Both the position numbers and the translations under genes were made by a program. The notes below the pieces were generated by a model, which was not told the origin of the DNA, ran no database searches, and saw nothing but the letters and a program-made list of their open reading frames with translations. DNA of 64,000 nucleotides from an uncultured Gemmatimonadaceae bacterium (GTDB lineage: Bacteria > Gemmatimonadota > Gemmatimonadetes > Gemmatimonadales > Gemmatimonadaceae). Shown piece after piece: positions 1 to 9,583 of this stretch; within the stretch, counting starts at the first letter, position 1, and each line of letters begins with the position of its first letter. The stretch is taken from positions 1,248,001 to 1,312,000 of the forward strand of contig OY970320.1 in NCBI GenBank assembly GCA_963716745.1, read 5' to 3'.

Positions 1-874
1 CATCACGGACAAGGACCTGCAGTTCACGGACGAGATGCTCGGACTCATCTCGAGCGGCTATTCGCGCGAGGCGGGGCTGCGCGGCTTCTCGCGCAACATC
101 GCCGCGATCATGCGCAAGCGCGCGCGGAAGAAAGCGGACGGCGAGGAAGGCGCGTGGATCGCGGATCTCGCAATGGTGGAAGAAGTGCTCGGCTCGCCGC
201 GCTACGCGAAGGACGAAGCGGAGACCGAGCCGGAGATCGGTACCGCGACCGGCATGGCGTGGACGTCGACGGGCGGTGACCTGCTCGTGATCGAAGCGCT
301 CAAGATGCCGGGCACCGGCAAGCTCACGATCACCGGGCAGCTGGGCGACGTAATGCGTGAGTCCGTGCACGCCGCGCTCTCGTACGTGCGTTCGCGCGCG
401 ACACAGCTCGCGATCCCCGACACGATGTTCAAGGATTTCGACATCCACATCCATCTGCCCGCGGGCGCGATCCCGAAGGATGGCCCGAGCGCCGGCATCA
501 CCGTCACGCTCGCGATCGCGAGCGCGCTCGCGGAGCGCCCGGTGCGGCGTGATGTGGCGATGACCGGCGAGGTGACGCTGCGCGGCAAGGTGCTCGAAGT
601 GGGCGGTGTGAAGGAGAAGTTGATGGCGGCGTACCGCGCCGGGCTGCGCGAGGCGATCCTGCCCAAGTCGAACGAGAAGGACCTGCGCGAGATCCCGGAT
701 GAAGTGCGCGAGAACATGACGTTCACCTTCGCGTCGAACATGGACGAGGTGTTCCGTCTCGCGCTCTTGCCGCCCACGTCGAAGGGGCGCGCCGACAGCG
801 CGCCGAAGCCGGCCGACGCGAGCAAGCGCGGCACGCCGCCCGAGAAGATCGTGCCGATCGAGACCACGAGCTGA
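1..874 (+). CDS. lon: ATP-dependent Lon protease, C-terminal part (5' truncated by window)
   Basis: [30 protein letters not shown] (catalytic Ser) and GGVKEK (catalytic Lys) motifs. Confidence 0.95.
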   Translation, partial: ITDKDLQFTDEMLGLISSGYSREAGLRGFSRNIAAIMRKRARKKADGEEGAWIADLAMVEEVLGSPRYAKDEAETEPEIGTATGMAWTSTGGDLLVIEALKMPGTGKLTITGQLGDVMRESVHAALSYVRSRATQLAIPDTMFKDFDIHIHLPAGAIPKDGPSAGITVTLAIASALAERPVRRDVAMTGEVTLRGKVLEVGGVKEKLMAAYRAGLREAILPKSNEKDLREIPDEVRENMTFTFASNMDEVFRLALLPPTSKGRADSAPKPADASKRGTPPEKIVPIETTS

Positions 875-911
875 GCGCGCCGCAGCGCATCGAGAGTTCG
901 CGGGGATCGCC

Positions 912-2174
912 GTGACGCCAGCGCAGCTCCTGCCACCGCCGGACGAAGCCACCAAACGCGCGCAGCTCGTGCGCATGAAGCGGCGCGCGACGGGATTGCT
1001 CGTGCTCTCCACCGCGGTGTTCTTCGCGGCAGCGTTGCTCGTGCACGGGTATCCGTGGCTCGATCCGGTGAAGGCCGCCGCTGGCGCCGCAATGGTGGGC
1101 GGCCTAGCCGACTGGTTCGCTGTCACCGCGCTCTTCAAGCACCCGCTGGGGCTGCCCATCCCGCACACGGCGATCATCGCCGCGCGAAAGGACCAGATCG
1201 GCCGCTCGCTCGGGAATTTCGTGCAGCGCCACTTCCTGAGCCGCAATGTGCTCGCGGAGAAGCTCGCGAACGCGAGAGTGGCCGAGCATCTCGCGGCGTG
1301 GCTGAGCGAGCCCGAGAACGCGCGCGCGGTGGCGCGCCACGCCGCGACCGCGGTAGCCGGCGGCGTGCGCGTGCTGCGCGACGAGGATGTGCAGGAACTG
1401 ATCGACGGCGTGCTGCGCGACCGGATCCGCCGCACGCAGGTGGCGCCGCTCGCGGGCAAATTGTTGAGCGTCGTCACCGAAGGCGGCCGTCACCAGGAGA
1501 TCCTCGACCAGGCCATCGCGCTGCTCGCGCGCGCGGTGCACGACAACGCCGACGCGATCCGCGACCGCATCGAGAAGGAGAGTCCGTGGTGGATCCCCGA
1601 GGCGGTGGACGACAAGATCCACAAGAAGATCGTGACGGGCGTGGACCGCACGCTGCAGGAAGTGCGCGGCGATCCGGGCCACCCGCTGCGCCAGCGCTTC
1701 GACGCCGCGCTCGACGATTTCGTGCGGAAGCTGAACGGTTCGCCCGAACTGCAGGCGCGCGCCGAGGCACTGAAGCTGGAGCTGCTCGACGACGCGGCGG
1801 TTCGGAAATTCTCGACGGCGATCTGGGAGGAGGCGAAGAACGCGCTCTTCCGCTATGCCGAACGGCCCGACTCGTTCAGTCCCGGCGCGATCGAACGCGG
1901 ACTCGTCGCGTTCGGCGAGGCGGCGAAGAGCGATCCCGCGCTGGTGGCGAAGCTGAACGGCTACATCGCCGAGATCGCGCTCGCGGTGGTTGGGCGGTAT
2001 GAGGGCGAGGTGTCGGCGCTGATCGCGCAGACCGTGGCCGGCTGGGACCCCGATGCGACGTCGCAGCGCATCGAGCTCGCGATCGGGAAGGATCTGCAGT
2101 TCATCCGCATCAACGGCACGATCGTCGGCGGACTCGCGGGGCTCGTGATCTACTATATCGCGAAGCTGCTGTAA
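912..2174 (+). CDS. DUF445 family membrane protein
   Basis: AAMVGGLADWFAVTALF-HPLGLPIPHTAII N-terminus and DLQFIRINGTIVGGLAG C-terminus. Confidence 0.9.
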   Translation: MTPAQLLPPPDEATKRAQLVRMKRRATGLLVLSTAVFFAAALLVHGYPWLDPVKAAAGAAMVGGLADWFAVTALFKHPLGLPIPHTAIIAARKDQIGRSLGNFVQRHFLSRNVLAEKLANARVAEHLAAWLSEPENARAVARHAATAVAGGVRVLRDEDVQELIDGVLRDRIRRTQVAPLAGKLLSVVTEGGRHQEILDQAIALLARAVHDNADAIRDRIEKESPWWIPEAVDDKIHKKIVTGVDRTLQEVRGDPGHPLRQRFDAALDDFVRKLNGSPELQARAEALKLELLDDAAVRKFSTAIWEEAKNALFRYAERPDSFSPGAIERGLVAFGEAAKSDPALVAKLNGYIAEIALAVVGRYEGEVSALIAQTVAGWDPDATSQRIELAIGKDLQFIRINGTIVGGLAGLVIYYIAKLL

Positions 2175-2176
2175 CT

Positions 2177-2244
2177 GCAGACCTAGACGCTAGACCTAGA
2201 CGTTAGACTGCGGTCTAACGTCGCATTCTAGCGTCTAGGTCTGC
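2177..2244. repeat. Nested palindrome of tandem AGACCT/AGACGYT units; likely bidirectional terminator
   Basis: 18-bp perfect IR (2177-2194/2227-2244) plus inner 10-bp IR (2199-2208/2213-2222) between convergent stop codons. Confidence 0.8.
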
Positions 2245-2246
2245 TT

Positions 2247-3497
2247 TCAATTGACTCGGACTTTCGTCAGATCGAAGATGTTCGTGGCCGCGCCGGCCGG
2301 TACATCGACGTACAGCACCGCCGACTTCCCCGCCACCGTCCCGCCCCAGACCATCACCGAGCGACCCGCCGGTGAGAATGTCATGCCCGTCGGCGTCTTC
2401 GTGCCGGTCGTCCCCTTGTAGCGCTTCGCGGCGAGCTCCTGCATTGCCGTCGCGAATTCCACGGCGTCCACCGGCGTCTCGAAGAGCGTCAGCCACGCGA
2501 ACCCGTCGCCCTGCGGCGTGTGCACGAGCACATAGCGGTCGCCGGTCCAGCCGGCGGCGGCCTGATCTGCCCGGTGCTCGTCGTGCAGCGCCTCGTACAC
2601 CACCAGGTACGTCGAGAACTCACCCATCACGTTGTCGTAGGTGATCGTGCCCGCGCGCGGCGCGGGCAAAGTCACGGTGATCGGCATTTCGCGCGGCGAC
2701 GCGAAGTACTCGGCCGGATGCATGATCTGCGCGCTCGATGCCGGCAGATCGCTCCCGTACGGCACCTGTCCGGGCCGCTGCGCGTTGAACTCGCGCACGA
2801 ACTGCATGCCGTTGATATAGGGGAAGAGCAGCTGTTCCTGCAGGAACTCGGGGGTGCGGGCGAATACCGGCATCGACGATTGCTGCTCGCGAACCATCTC
2901 GCGGATCCGGTCGAAGCCGGCAGGCATGTCTACGCCCGGGCCCAGCATCGCCTGCAGGGGCACCAGCGTGGCCTGTCCCTCGAACACGGCCTGAGCGGCC
3001 ATCACGCGGTCGTCGTCGCCCTTCACGTTCTGGATGGAATCGAGATTCATGTACTGGTCCTGCAGCGCATGCACGAGCTCGTGCTGGATCACGAAGCCCA
3101 CCTGCTCCTCGGACGCACCCTCCACGATGTACAGCACCTTCGTCTTCGGATCGTAGAATCCCACCACCTGCTCGGTGAGCAGATCGAGCATCAGTTGCCG
3201 CAGATCGAGGGTGTCGGGAATGATGCCCAGCCGGCGGAGTACGGTCTGCTGCGCCGCGATGTCGCGTGCCGACTTCTCTTCGTTGAACGCCTTGTCGAGG
3301 AAGGCGCGCACTTCCGCCTTGCTCCGCACTTCGTAGCGCGGCGGCGTCTTGAACCTGAGCCCGGTGGTCTTCTCGATCATCGGTACGGCCTCCGCGACCT
3401 CCGAGGCGTATTGCCCCTGCGCGCGCTGCGGGCGCGCGCATGCCGCGAGCGCGACCGCCACGACGATCGGCGCGAGCCAACGATTGCGATTCGTCAT
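2247..3497 (-). CDS. Lipoprotein with zincin HExxH motif, putative metallopeptidase
   Basis: Lipobox LAAC; GFYDP..LYIV and HELVHALQDQ..EGQA motifs; ATG 3497 overlaps the pilD stop. Confidence 0.75.
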   Translation of the reverse strand: MTNRNRWLAPIVVAVALAACARPQRAQGQYASEVAEAVPMIEKTTGLRFKTPPRYEVRSKAEVRAFLDKAFNEEKSARDIAAQQTVLRRLGIIPDTLDLRQLMLDLLTEQVVGFYDPKTKVLYIVEGASEEQVGFVIQHELVHALQDQYMNLDSIQNVKGDDDRVMAAQAVFEGQATLVPLQAMLGPGVDMPAGFDRIREMVREQQSSMPVFARTPEFLQEQLLFPYINGMQFVREFNAQRPGQVPYGSDLPASSAQIMHPAEYFASPREMPITVTLPAPRAGTITYDNVMGEFSTYLVVYEALHDEHRADQAAAGWTGDRYVLVHTPQGDGFAWLTLFETPVDAVEFATAMQELAAKRYKGTTGTKTPTGMTFSPAGRSVMVWGGTVAGKSAVLYVDVPAGAATNIFDLTKVRVN

Positions 3498-4342
3498 AGT
3501 CCCATCACTCCGGATCGGTACCATCGAATGAGGTCCGCGCCCCAGAGCAGCGCGATCACTGCGCCCGGCGCGAGGAATATCCCGAACGGCACGTGCGGCT
3601 GCTCATAGGGTGTGGCTGTCCGCTTGCTTCTGCTCCAGCTGATGGGCAGCACGATCAAGAGGAAGACCACGCTGCCCACCGCCGCACCCAGGAAGATGGT
3701 GAGCAGCGACCGGCTCGGCCCGACATGCGCGCCCACCATCGCCATGAGCGTGATGTCGCCGAAACCCATCGCTTCCTTCTTGAGGACCACTTCGCCCAGC
3801 CACCCGATAATGGCGATCGCGCCCGCGCCCACGCACGCCCCGAACACCGCATCGCCCGGCGTCGCAAAGAGCGACACGTCATCCCGCACATACGCGAACA
3901 TCGACATCCCGATCGCCCATACCAGCCCGAACACGGTGAAGCCGTCGGGGATCGTATACGTGGACGCGTCGGTGAGCATCACGCCGAGCAGCACGGTGCA
4001 GAACATCGCGAAGCGCAGCGCGGTGATCGTCGGACCGAAATGCAGCGCCGACGCGACCCAGATGAGCGCCACCACCAGCTCCACCAGCGGATACACCGGC
4101 GAGATCGGCAGCGCGCACGTGCGACACTTCCCGCGCAGCACCAGCCAGCTGAGCACCGGCACATTGTCGTACCAGGCGATCTCGCTCCCGCACCGCGGGC
4201 AGCGCGACGGCGGCCTGATCACCGACAGCTCCTTGGGCCACCGCCCGACGCACACATTGAGGAACGATCCGAAGCAGCCGCCGAAGAACGCGGCCACGGC
4301 GACGATGAACCATTCGGGCAGCATGGCGAGGTCTGGGTTCAC
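3494..4342 (-). CDS. pilD: Prepilin peptidase A24 / N-methyltransferase
   Basis: GSFLNV, SRCPRC, GKCRTC, MGFGD and PFGIFLA motifs; GTGA overlap with upstream gene. Confidence 0.92.
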   Translation of the reverse strand: MNPDLAMLPEWFIVAVAAFFGGCFGSFLNVCVGRWPKELSVIRPPSRCPRCGSEIAWYDNVPVLSWLVLRGKCRTCALPISPVYPLVELVVALIWVASALHFGPTITALRFAMFCTVLLGVMLTDASTYTIPDGFTVFGLVWAIGMSMFAYVRDDVSLFATPGDAVFGACVGAGAIAIIGWLGEVVLKKEAMGFGDITLMAMVGAHVGPSRSLLTIFLGAAVGSVVFLLIVLPISWSRSKRTATPYEQPHVPFGIFLAPGAVIALLWGADLIRWYRSGVMGL

Positions 4343-5103
4343 GCGCGGAGTTGGTGAAGGAGGATCCCCGCCGCGACCGCGACGTTGAGCGATTCGATGT
4401 CGGAGGCGATCGGGATCGCCACCGTTCGCGCGGCACGCGACCGCGCTTCCGCGCCGAGTCCCGCGCCTTCGTTCCCCACCGCGATCGCGAGCGACGCCGG
4501 CGCGCGTATTCCCGCGAGCGCATCGCCGCCCGCGTCGGCGCCCCACAATGGGATGGCACGCGCCGCGAGGAACGCGTCGAGCGCATCCCAATCGCAAGCG
4601 AGCGCGGGCCGGTGGAAGAGGGCACCCATCGCGCTACGGACGACCTTCCCGTTCCACAGGTCAACAGTGCCGGGCATCGCGAGCACGGCGTTCGCGCCGA
4701 GCGCGGCGGCGGTGCGCAGCAACGCGCCGACGTTGCCGGGATCCTGGATGCCGTCGAGCACGAGCAGCCGTGCGCGCGCGGGAAGCGCCGCGCCCACACT
4801 TTCCAGCGTCCGCTGCGGCACTTCCGCCACCGCGAGCACGCCTTGCGGCGATTCCGTGCCCGCCGCGCTCTCGAATTCGCGGTCGGTCACCGCGAGCACG
4901 GGCACGGCGCCCGCCTCGAGCCGCTCGCGCAACGCCGCACCACGCGGCGCGCCGGCGAGCGATGGCGCCACCAACGCCCCCTTCACTACGAGCGGCGAGC
5001 GGAGCAATTCCTCCACCGCGCGCACCCCTTCGCAGAGGAAAAGTTCCTCGCGCTCACGGGCTCGGCGGCGTTGCAGATCGCGCGCGAGGGTCAGTAATTT
5101 CAC
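4339..5103 (-). CDS. TrmH/SpoU family RNA methyltransferase
   Basis: EGVRAVEE, QDPGNVGALLRTA, VGNEGAGL and ESLNVAVAAGI SPOUT motifs. Confidence 0.92.
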   Translation of the reverse strand: MKLLTLARDLQRRRAREREELFLCEGVRAVEELLRSPLVVKGALVAPSLAGAPRGAALRERLEAGAVPVLAVTDREFESAAGTESPQGVLAVAEVPQRTLESVGAALPARARLLVLDGIQDPGNVGALLRTAAALGANAVLAMPGTVDLWNGKVVRSAMGALFHRPALACDWDALDAFLAARAIPLWGADAGGDALAGIRAPASLAIAVGNEGAGLGAEARSRAARTVAIPIASDIESLNVAVAAGILLHQLRA

Positions 5104-5106
5104 GAT

Positions 5107-5940
5107 ATGGGCAGAGTCACGTTGCTGAACAGTATCACGCGCGGTGCGCGCCGCCTACTCCCGGCGGCGGCCATCGCGGCGGCCGCGTGCGCCACGTCCA
5201 CGAAGGGCGAGGTACAGATGGGTGAGCAGGCCGCGGCGCAGGCGACGCACTCGCTGCCGATGGTCACCGATCCCGACATCAACCGCTACGTCACGGTGCT
5301 CGGCGATTCGCTCGCCGCGGTCGCCGACACGCGCGACCTCGAGTGGCATTTCTACATCGTGGACAGCCCGGAGATCAATGCGTTCGCGCTCCCCGGCGGA
5401 TTCGTGTTCGTGAATCGCGGTCTGATCGAACGGGTGGACAGTCTGGATGAGCTCGCCGGCGTGATCGGCCACGAGATCGGCCACGTCACGCAGCGGCACT
5501 CCATCAAGTTGCAGCAGAAGGGCGAGATCGCGGAGATCGGCACCGGACTCGCGTGTATCCTCACGCGCGCGTGCGGCCAGGCCGCCGGCGTGGGGATCAA
5601 CGCGGGCGAAGGCGCGCTGTTCGCGAGCTTCAGCCGCGAGGCCGAACACGAAGCGGACTCGGTGGGGATGATCTACGTGGTGCGGGCCGGCATCGATCCG
5701 CGCGGCATGACGTCGATGTTCGAGAAGCTGCTCGAAGCCCGGCAGCGCGACCCGGAGAAGCTCGAGGCGTGGTTCCTGAGCCATCCGATGGAGGAGGACC
5801 GGATCGGCTTCACGCTCGATGCGATCGACAAGATGGACCCGAAGCAGCTCGAGTCCCTCACGCGCGACACGCCGAATTTCCGGAAGTTCAAGAAGCGCTT
5901 CGACGCGCTGCCACCCTACCCGCCGCAGCCCGCGAACTAG
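5107..5940 (+). CDS. M48 family zinc metallopeptidase lipoprotein
   Basis: Lipobox AAAC; INAFALPGG, HEIGH, FSREAEHEAD and SHP motifs. Confidence 0.9.
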   Translation: MGRVTLLNSITRGARRLLPAAAIAAAACATSTKGEVQMGEQAAAQATHSLPMVTDPDINRYVTVLGDSLAAVADTRDLEWHFYIVDSPEINAFALPGGFVFVNRGLIERVDSLDELAGVIGHEIGHVTQRHSIKLQQKGEIAEIGTGLACILTRACGQAAGVGINAGEGALFASFSREAEHEADSVGMIYVVRAGIDPRGMTSMFEKLLEARQRDPEKLEAWFLSHPMEEDRIGFTLDAIDKMDPKQLESLTRDTPNFRKFKKRFDALPPYPPQPAN

Positions 5941-5949
5941 CGTCTCAGG

Positions 5950-6828
5950 TCAGGCCGGTGCGCGCGCCGCGACCGCGCGGGCGAGCAATTCCGCGGCCAC
6001 CGGCGGCGTCGCGCTGTCGTAGCGCACCAGTCCCAGCGAGAGCGTAAGCGGCGCGCGCATCTCGGGGTGTTTCTCCCGGTGGCGCTTCATGTGGGCGCGC
6101 AGCCGCGGGCCGATCACATCCTCGGTCTCCTCCGCAGCGTCGAGCACGAGCACGGCGAAATCGTCCGCGCCCAGCCGCGCCACGACATCCAATGCGCGGA
6201 ACGTATCGCGCAGCACTTCGGCCGCGCCGAGCAGCGACCGGTCGCCTTCATCGCGGCCATGCTCCTCGTTGATCTGTTTGAGCGCCGGCACGTCGGCCGA
6301 CGCGAGCAGCACCCCGCGCGTACGCGGCGCGAGCCGCAGGTGGTGATCGGCGAGCGTGAGGAAGCCGCGCCGGTTGTAGAGGCCGGTGAGCGGATCGGTG
6401 AGTGCCAGTTGCCGGAGCGTGGACTGCAGGCGCTCGCGCTCGATCGCGTAGCGCAGCACGCGCGACAACAGCGCGCCGTCGAGCGGATCGCGCGCCACCC
6501 AGTCCTGCGCGCCGGCCTGCACCGCCATCGCGCCGGCGTTCTCGGCGTCGGCGGCCGCGCCCAGTACCACCACCGGCACGTCGGGCGCCTCAATGCGCGA
6601 GCGCACGAGCGCGTCCATCGCGCCCTCGGGCGACACGGCGGCATCCACGATCACTACGTCCACCCCGCCCGCGCCGAGGCGCTCGAGCGCATCGGCGCCA
6701 TCCAGCGCCGCGTGCGTGAGCTTGAATCGGGAGCCGCCATTCGGCGACGCCCGCTCGAGCGCGGCGCGCAGCATCGCCGTGGCCGTGTCGGCCCCGATGT
6801 ACAGCACGTTGGTGGCGAGCGGTTCCAT
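5950..6828 (-). CDS. REC-GGDEF protein with degenerate motifs
   Basis: Receiver-like N-terminus (AGAQDW..LRYAIER); DPLTGLYNRRGF; ARLGADDFAVL. Confidence 0.85.
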   Translation of the reverse strand: MEPLATNVLYIGADTATAMLRAALERASPNGGSRFKLTHAALDGADALERLGAGGVDVVIVDAAVSPEGAMDALVRSRIEAPDVPVVVLGAAADAENAGAMAVQAGAQDWVARDPLDGALLSRVLRYAIERERLQSTLRQLALTDPLTGLYNRRGFLTLADHHLRLAPRTRGVLLASADVPALKQINEEHGRDEGDRSLLGAAEVLRDTFRALDVVARLGADDFAVLVLDAAEETEDVIGPRLRAHMKRHREKHPEMRAPLTLSLGLVRYDSATPPVAAELLARAVAARAPA

Positions 6829-6933
6829 GCTTCGTTGCCTTCGAGAGGGAGCGTTTGCCTGCCTTGGTGGACGCGGCGCCGCTCGCACCCGTCACGGCGT
6901 TGTAGCGGCGCGCGCCGCGGCGCATCATTCATC

Positions 6934-7716
6934 ATGCGGATCGCGCTCACCGTCGCGGGCTCCGATTCCGGCGGCGGCGCCGGCATCCAGGCCGACTTGA
7001 AGACCTTCCATCACTTCGGCGTGTTCGGCACGTCGGTGGTGACCGCCGTGACGGCGCAGAACACACGGGGCGTGTTCGCGTGGACCGCCGTCGCCCCCGA
7101 TCTCGTCACCGCACAGATCGACGCGGTCGCGGCCGATCTCCGCCCCGCCGCCGTGAAGAGCGGCATGCTCGCCGATCGCGCCATCATCGAAGCGGTGGCC
7201 GACGCCCTCCGCCGTCACGCGCTCGCGCCCTACGTGCTCGATCCCGTGATGGTCGCGACGTCAGGCGATGCGCTCTCGCGCGACGGCGTGGCGCCGGCGA
7301 TCACCGACTTGCTGCTGCCCCTCGCCGCGCTGGTGACGCCCAATCTCGACGAGGCCGAGCACCTCACCGGCCGCGTGGTGCGCGATGTGGATGCGATGGC
7401 CGCCGCGGCGCGCGCGCTCGTCGCGGGGGGCGCCGGCGCCGCGCTCGTGAAGGGCGGGCATCTCGCGAACGGCGATGTCGCGGACGTGTTCTTCGACGGC
7501 CGCGACCTGCGCGTCTTCCGCGCGCCGCGCATCGACACCACGAGTACCCATGGCACCGGCTGCGCGCTCTCCGCCGCCATCACCGCGCAACTCGCACTCG
7601 GCCACGCACTCCCCGCAGCGGTGGAGACGTCGATCGGTTTCGTGCGCGCCGCGATCGCGAGCGCGCCGGGCCTGGGCGCGGGGCACGGCCCCCTCGATTT
7701 CTTCGCGAAGGGCTAG
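6934..7716 (+). CDS. thiD: Hydroxymethylpyrimidine/phosphomethylpyrimidine kinase
   Basis: LTVAGSDSGGGAGIQADLKT, DPVMVATSG and THGTGCALSAAI motifs. Confidence 0.95.
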   Translation: MRIALTVAGSDSGGGAGIQADLKTFHHFGVFGTSVVTAVTAQNTRGVFAWTAVAPDLVTAQIDAVAADLRPAAVKSGMLADRAIIEAVADALRRHALAPYVLDPVMVATSGDALSRDGVAPAITDLLLPLAALVTPNLDEAEHLTGRVVRDVDAMAAAARALVAGGAGAALVKGGHLANGDVADVFFDGRDLRVFRAPRIDTTSTHGTGCALSAAITAQLALGHALPAAVETSIGFVRAAIASAPGLGAGHGPLDFFAKG

Positions 7717-8546
7717 AGCGCGCTCGCGCGCGCGCACGAATTCGCGCACGAGCGACTTGAACCGCTCGGCGCCCCGCGCCGTGACCGCCAGCACTTCCGC
7801 GTGATCGAGCGGCGCATCACTCAGACCGGCCGCGGCATTCGTGATGCAACTCACTCCCGCCACGCGCATGCCCAGCGCGCGCGCGGCGATCACTTCGGGC
7901 ACGGTGGACATCCCCACCGCGTCGGCGCCAAGCACGCGCAGCATCTTCACCTCGGCGAGCGTCTCGTAGCTCGGGCCGAGCAGCCCGATGTACACTCCCT
8001 CGCGCACGGCGACGCCGAGCGCGCGAGCGGCATCGCGCAGGGCGGCGAGCAGCGCGGCATCGTATGGATCGGACATGTCGGGGAAGCGCGTCTCGCCGGT
8101 GCGCACCGCGCCGATGAGCGGATTGCGGAACATCATGTTGATGTGGTCGCGAATGAGCATCAGATCGCCCGGACCATACGCCGCGTTCACGCCGCCAGCG
8201 GCGTTCGACACGAAGAGCGTTCGCGCGCCAAGCGCGTGCGCCACGCGCACCGGGAGGGCCGCCGTCTCCGCGCTGTGGCCCTCGTACATATGGAAGCGGC
8301 CGGCAAAGGCGATCACGGGAACGCCTTCGAGCTTCCCCGCGGCGACGACGCCCGCATGCCCGCTCACCGATGCGCCGGGGAATCCGGGCACGTCGCGGAA
8401 CGGGATCTCTACCCTATCCTCGAGCTCGTTCGCCAACCCGCCGAGTCCGGATCCGAGGATGAGCGCGATGCGTGGTGCGGCGCCGCCGGTGCGCTCCGCG
8501 ATCGCGCGCGCCGCGCGCGTTGCGTCCGGGGTTGAGCGTCGCTCAC
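7713..8546 (-). CDS. punA: Purine nucleoside phosphorylase (trimeric type); two apparent frameshifts (~8530, ~7730)
   Basis: ILGSGLGG, GRFHMYEG, SNAAGG, GPSYET and DAVGMSTVPEVI motifs; GTG 8546 overlaps the add stop; TAG 7713-7715 restored by a 1-nt correction. Confidence 0.88.
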
Positions 8547-9580
8547 GTTCCGAGCGCCGCGATGTCGCGCCGGGCGCGCGCGACCAGCGCTTCGCGTTCC
8601 TGCCACGGAAGGAAGGCGCTCTCGAATCCGTTGATCGCGATCGTCGCGAGCTCGCGCTTGGTGAAGGCGAGCGACGTGGCCGCGTGCGCGTACTCGTCGG
8701 TGAGCGTCACACCGCTCATCATGCGGTTGTCCGTGTTGAGCACCACGTTCATGCCGCGGTCGAAGTATGCGCGCAGCGGATGCGAGGCGTAGTCCGCCGC
8801 GGCGTGCGTCTGCACGTTGCTCGTGAGGCACATCTCGAGCGCGATGCGCCGGTCGTTCACGTAGCGTGCGAGCCGCTCGTCCTCACCGAGACGCGTTCCG
8901 TGTCCGATGCGGTCCGCGAAGCACTCGTGCACGGCCTGTCGCACGGATTCAGCGCCGTCGCCCTCGCCGGCATGCACCGTGACCGCGAGATCGTGACGCC
9001 GCACGTGCGCGAACGCCGCGGCATGTGCCCGTGCGGGATGGTCGCGCTCGCCGCCGGCGAGATCGAACCCCACCACGCCGCTGTCCCGGAACGCCACGGC
9101 GAGTTCGGCCAACTCCATCGACACGCGCGGATCGAGATGGCGCAGGCCGCATATGATGATGCGCCCGATCGTGCCCGTCTCGCGCTCGGCGCGCGCGAGG
9201 CCGCGCAACGGCGCCTCCACGGCCTGGCCGAGCGAGAGTCCCTCGCGCACGCACAGCACTGGCGCGTAGCGGACCTCGATGTAGCGCACGCCGTCGCGCG
9301 CCGCGTCCACCACCAGTTCGTAGGCGATCCGCTCCAGCGCATCGGCGCGCTGCATCACGCTCAGCGTGATCACGAAGCGGTTCAGGTAGTCCTCCAAATC
9401 GCGCGCATCGCGCACCACCATGTGCGCCGCGAGATCCTCCACCGTGTCGCCCGGCATCGGCTGGCCATACTCGCGGCCGAGCTCCAGCAGCGTGGAAGCG
9501 CGGAGCGACCCATCCAGATGGCAGTGGAGTTCGGCCTTCGGCAGCGCGAGCAGCCAGTCGCGGGAGATGGGGCTCGTCAC
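8543..9580 (-). CDS. add: Adenosine deaminase
   Basis: PKAELHCHLDGS, TVHAGE, RIGHG and NTDNR metal-binding motifs. Confidence 0.95.
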   Translation of the reverse strand: MTSPISRDWLLALPKAELHCHLDGSLRASTLLELGREYGQPMPGDTVEDLAAHMVVRDARDLEDYLNRFVITLSVMQRADALERIAYELVVDAARDGVRYIEVRYAPVLCVREGLSLGQAVEAPLRGLARAERETGTIGRIIICGLRHLDPRVSMELAELAVAFRDSGVVGFDLAGGERDHPARAHAAAFAHVRRHDLAVTVHAGEGDGAESVRQAVHECFADRIGHGTRLGEDERLARYVNDRRIALEMCLTSNVQTHAAADYASHPLRAYFDRGMNVVLNTDNRMMSGVTLTDEYAHAATSLAFTKRELATIAINGFESAFLPWQEREALVARARRDIAALGT

Positions 9581-9583
9581 GCG

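Noticed and set aside
7261..7716. PNP C-terminal extension antisense to thiD
   Set aside because: A 1-nt correction in the CG run at ~7730 gives a normal stop at 7713-7715
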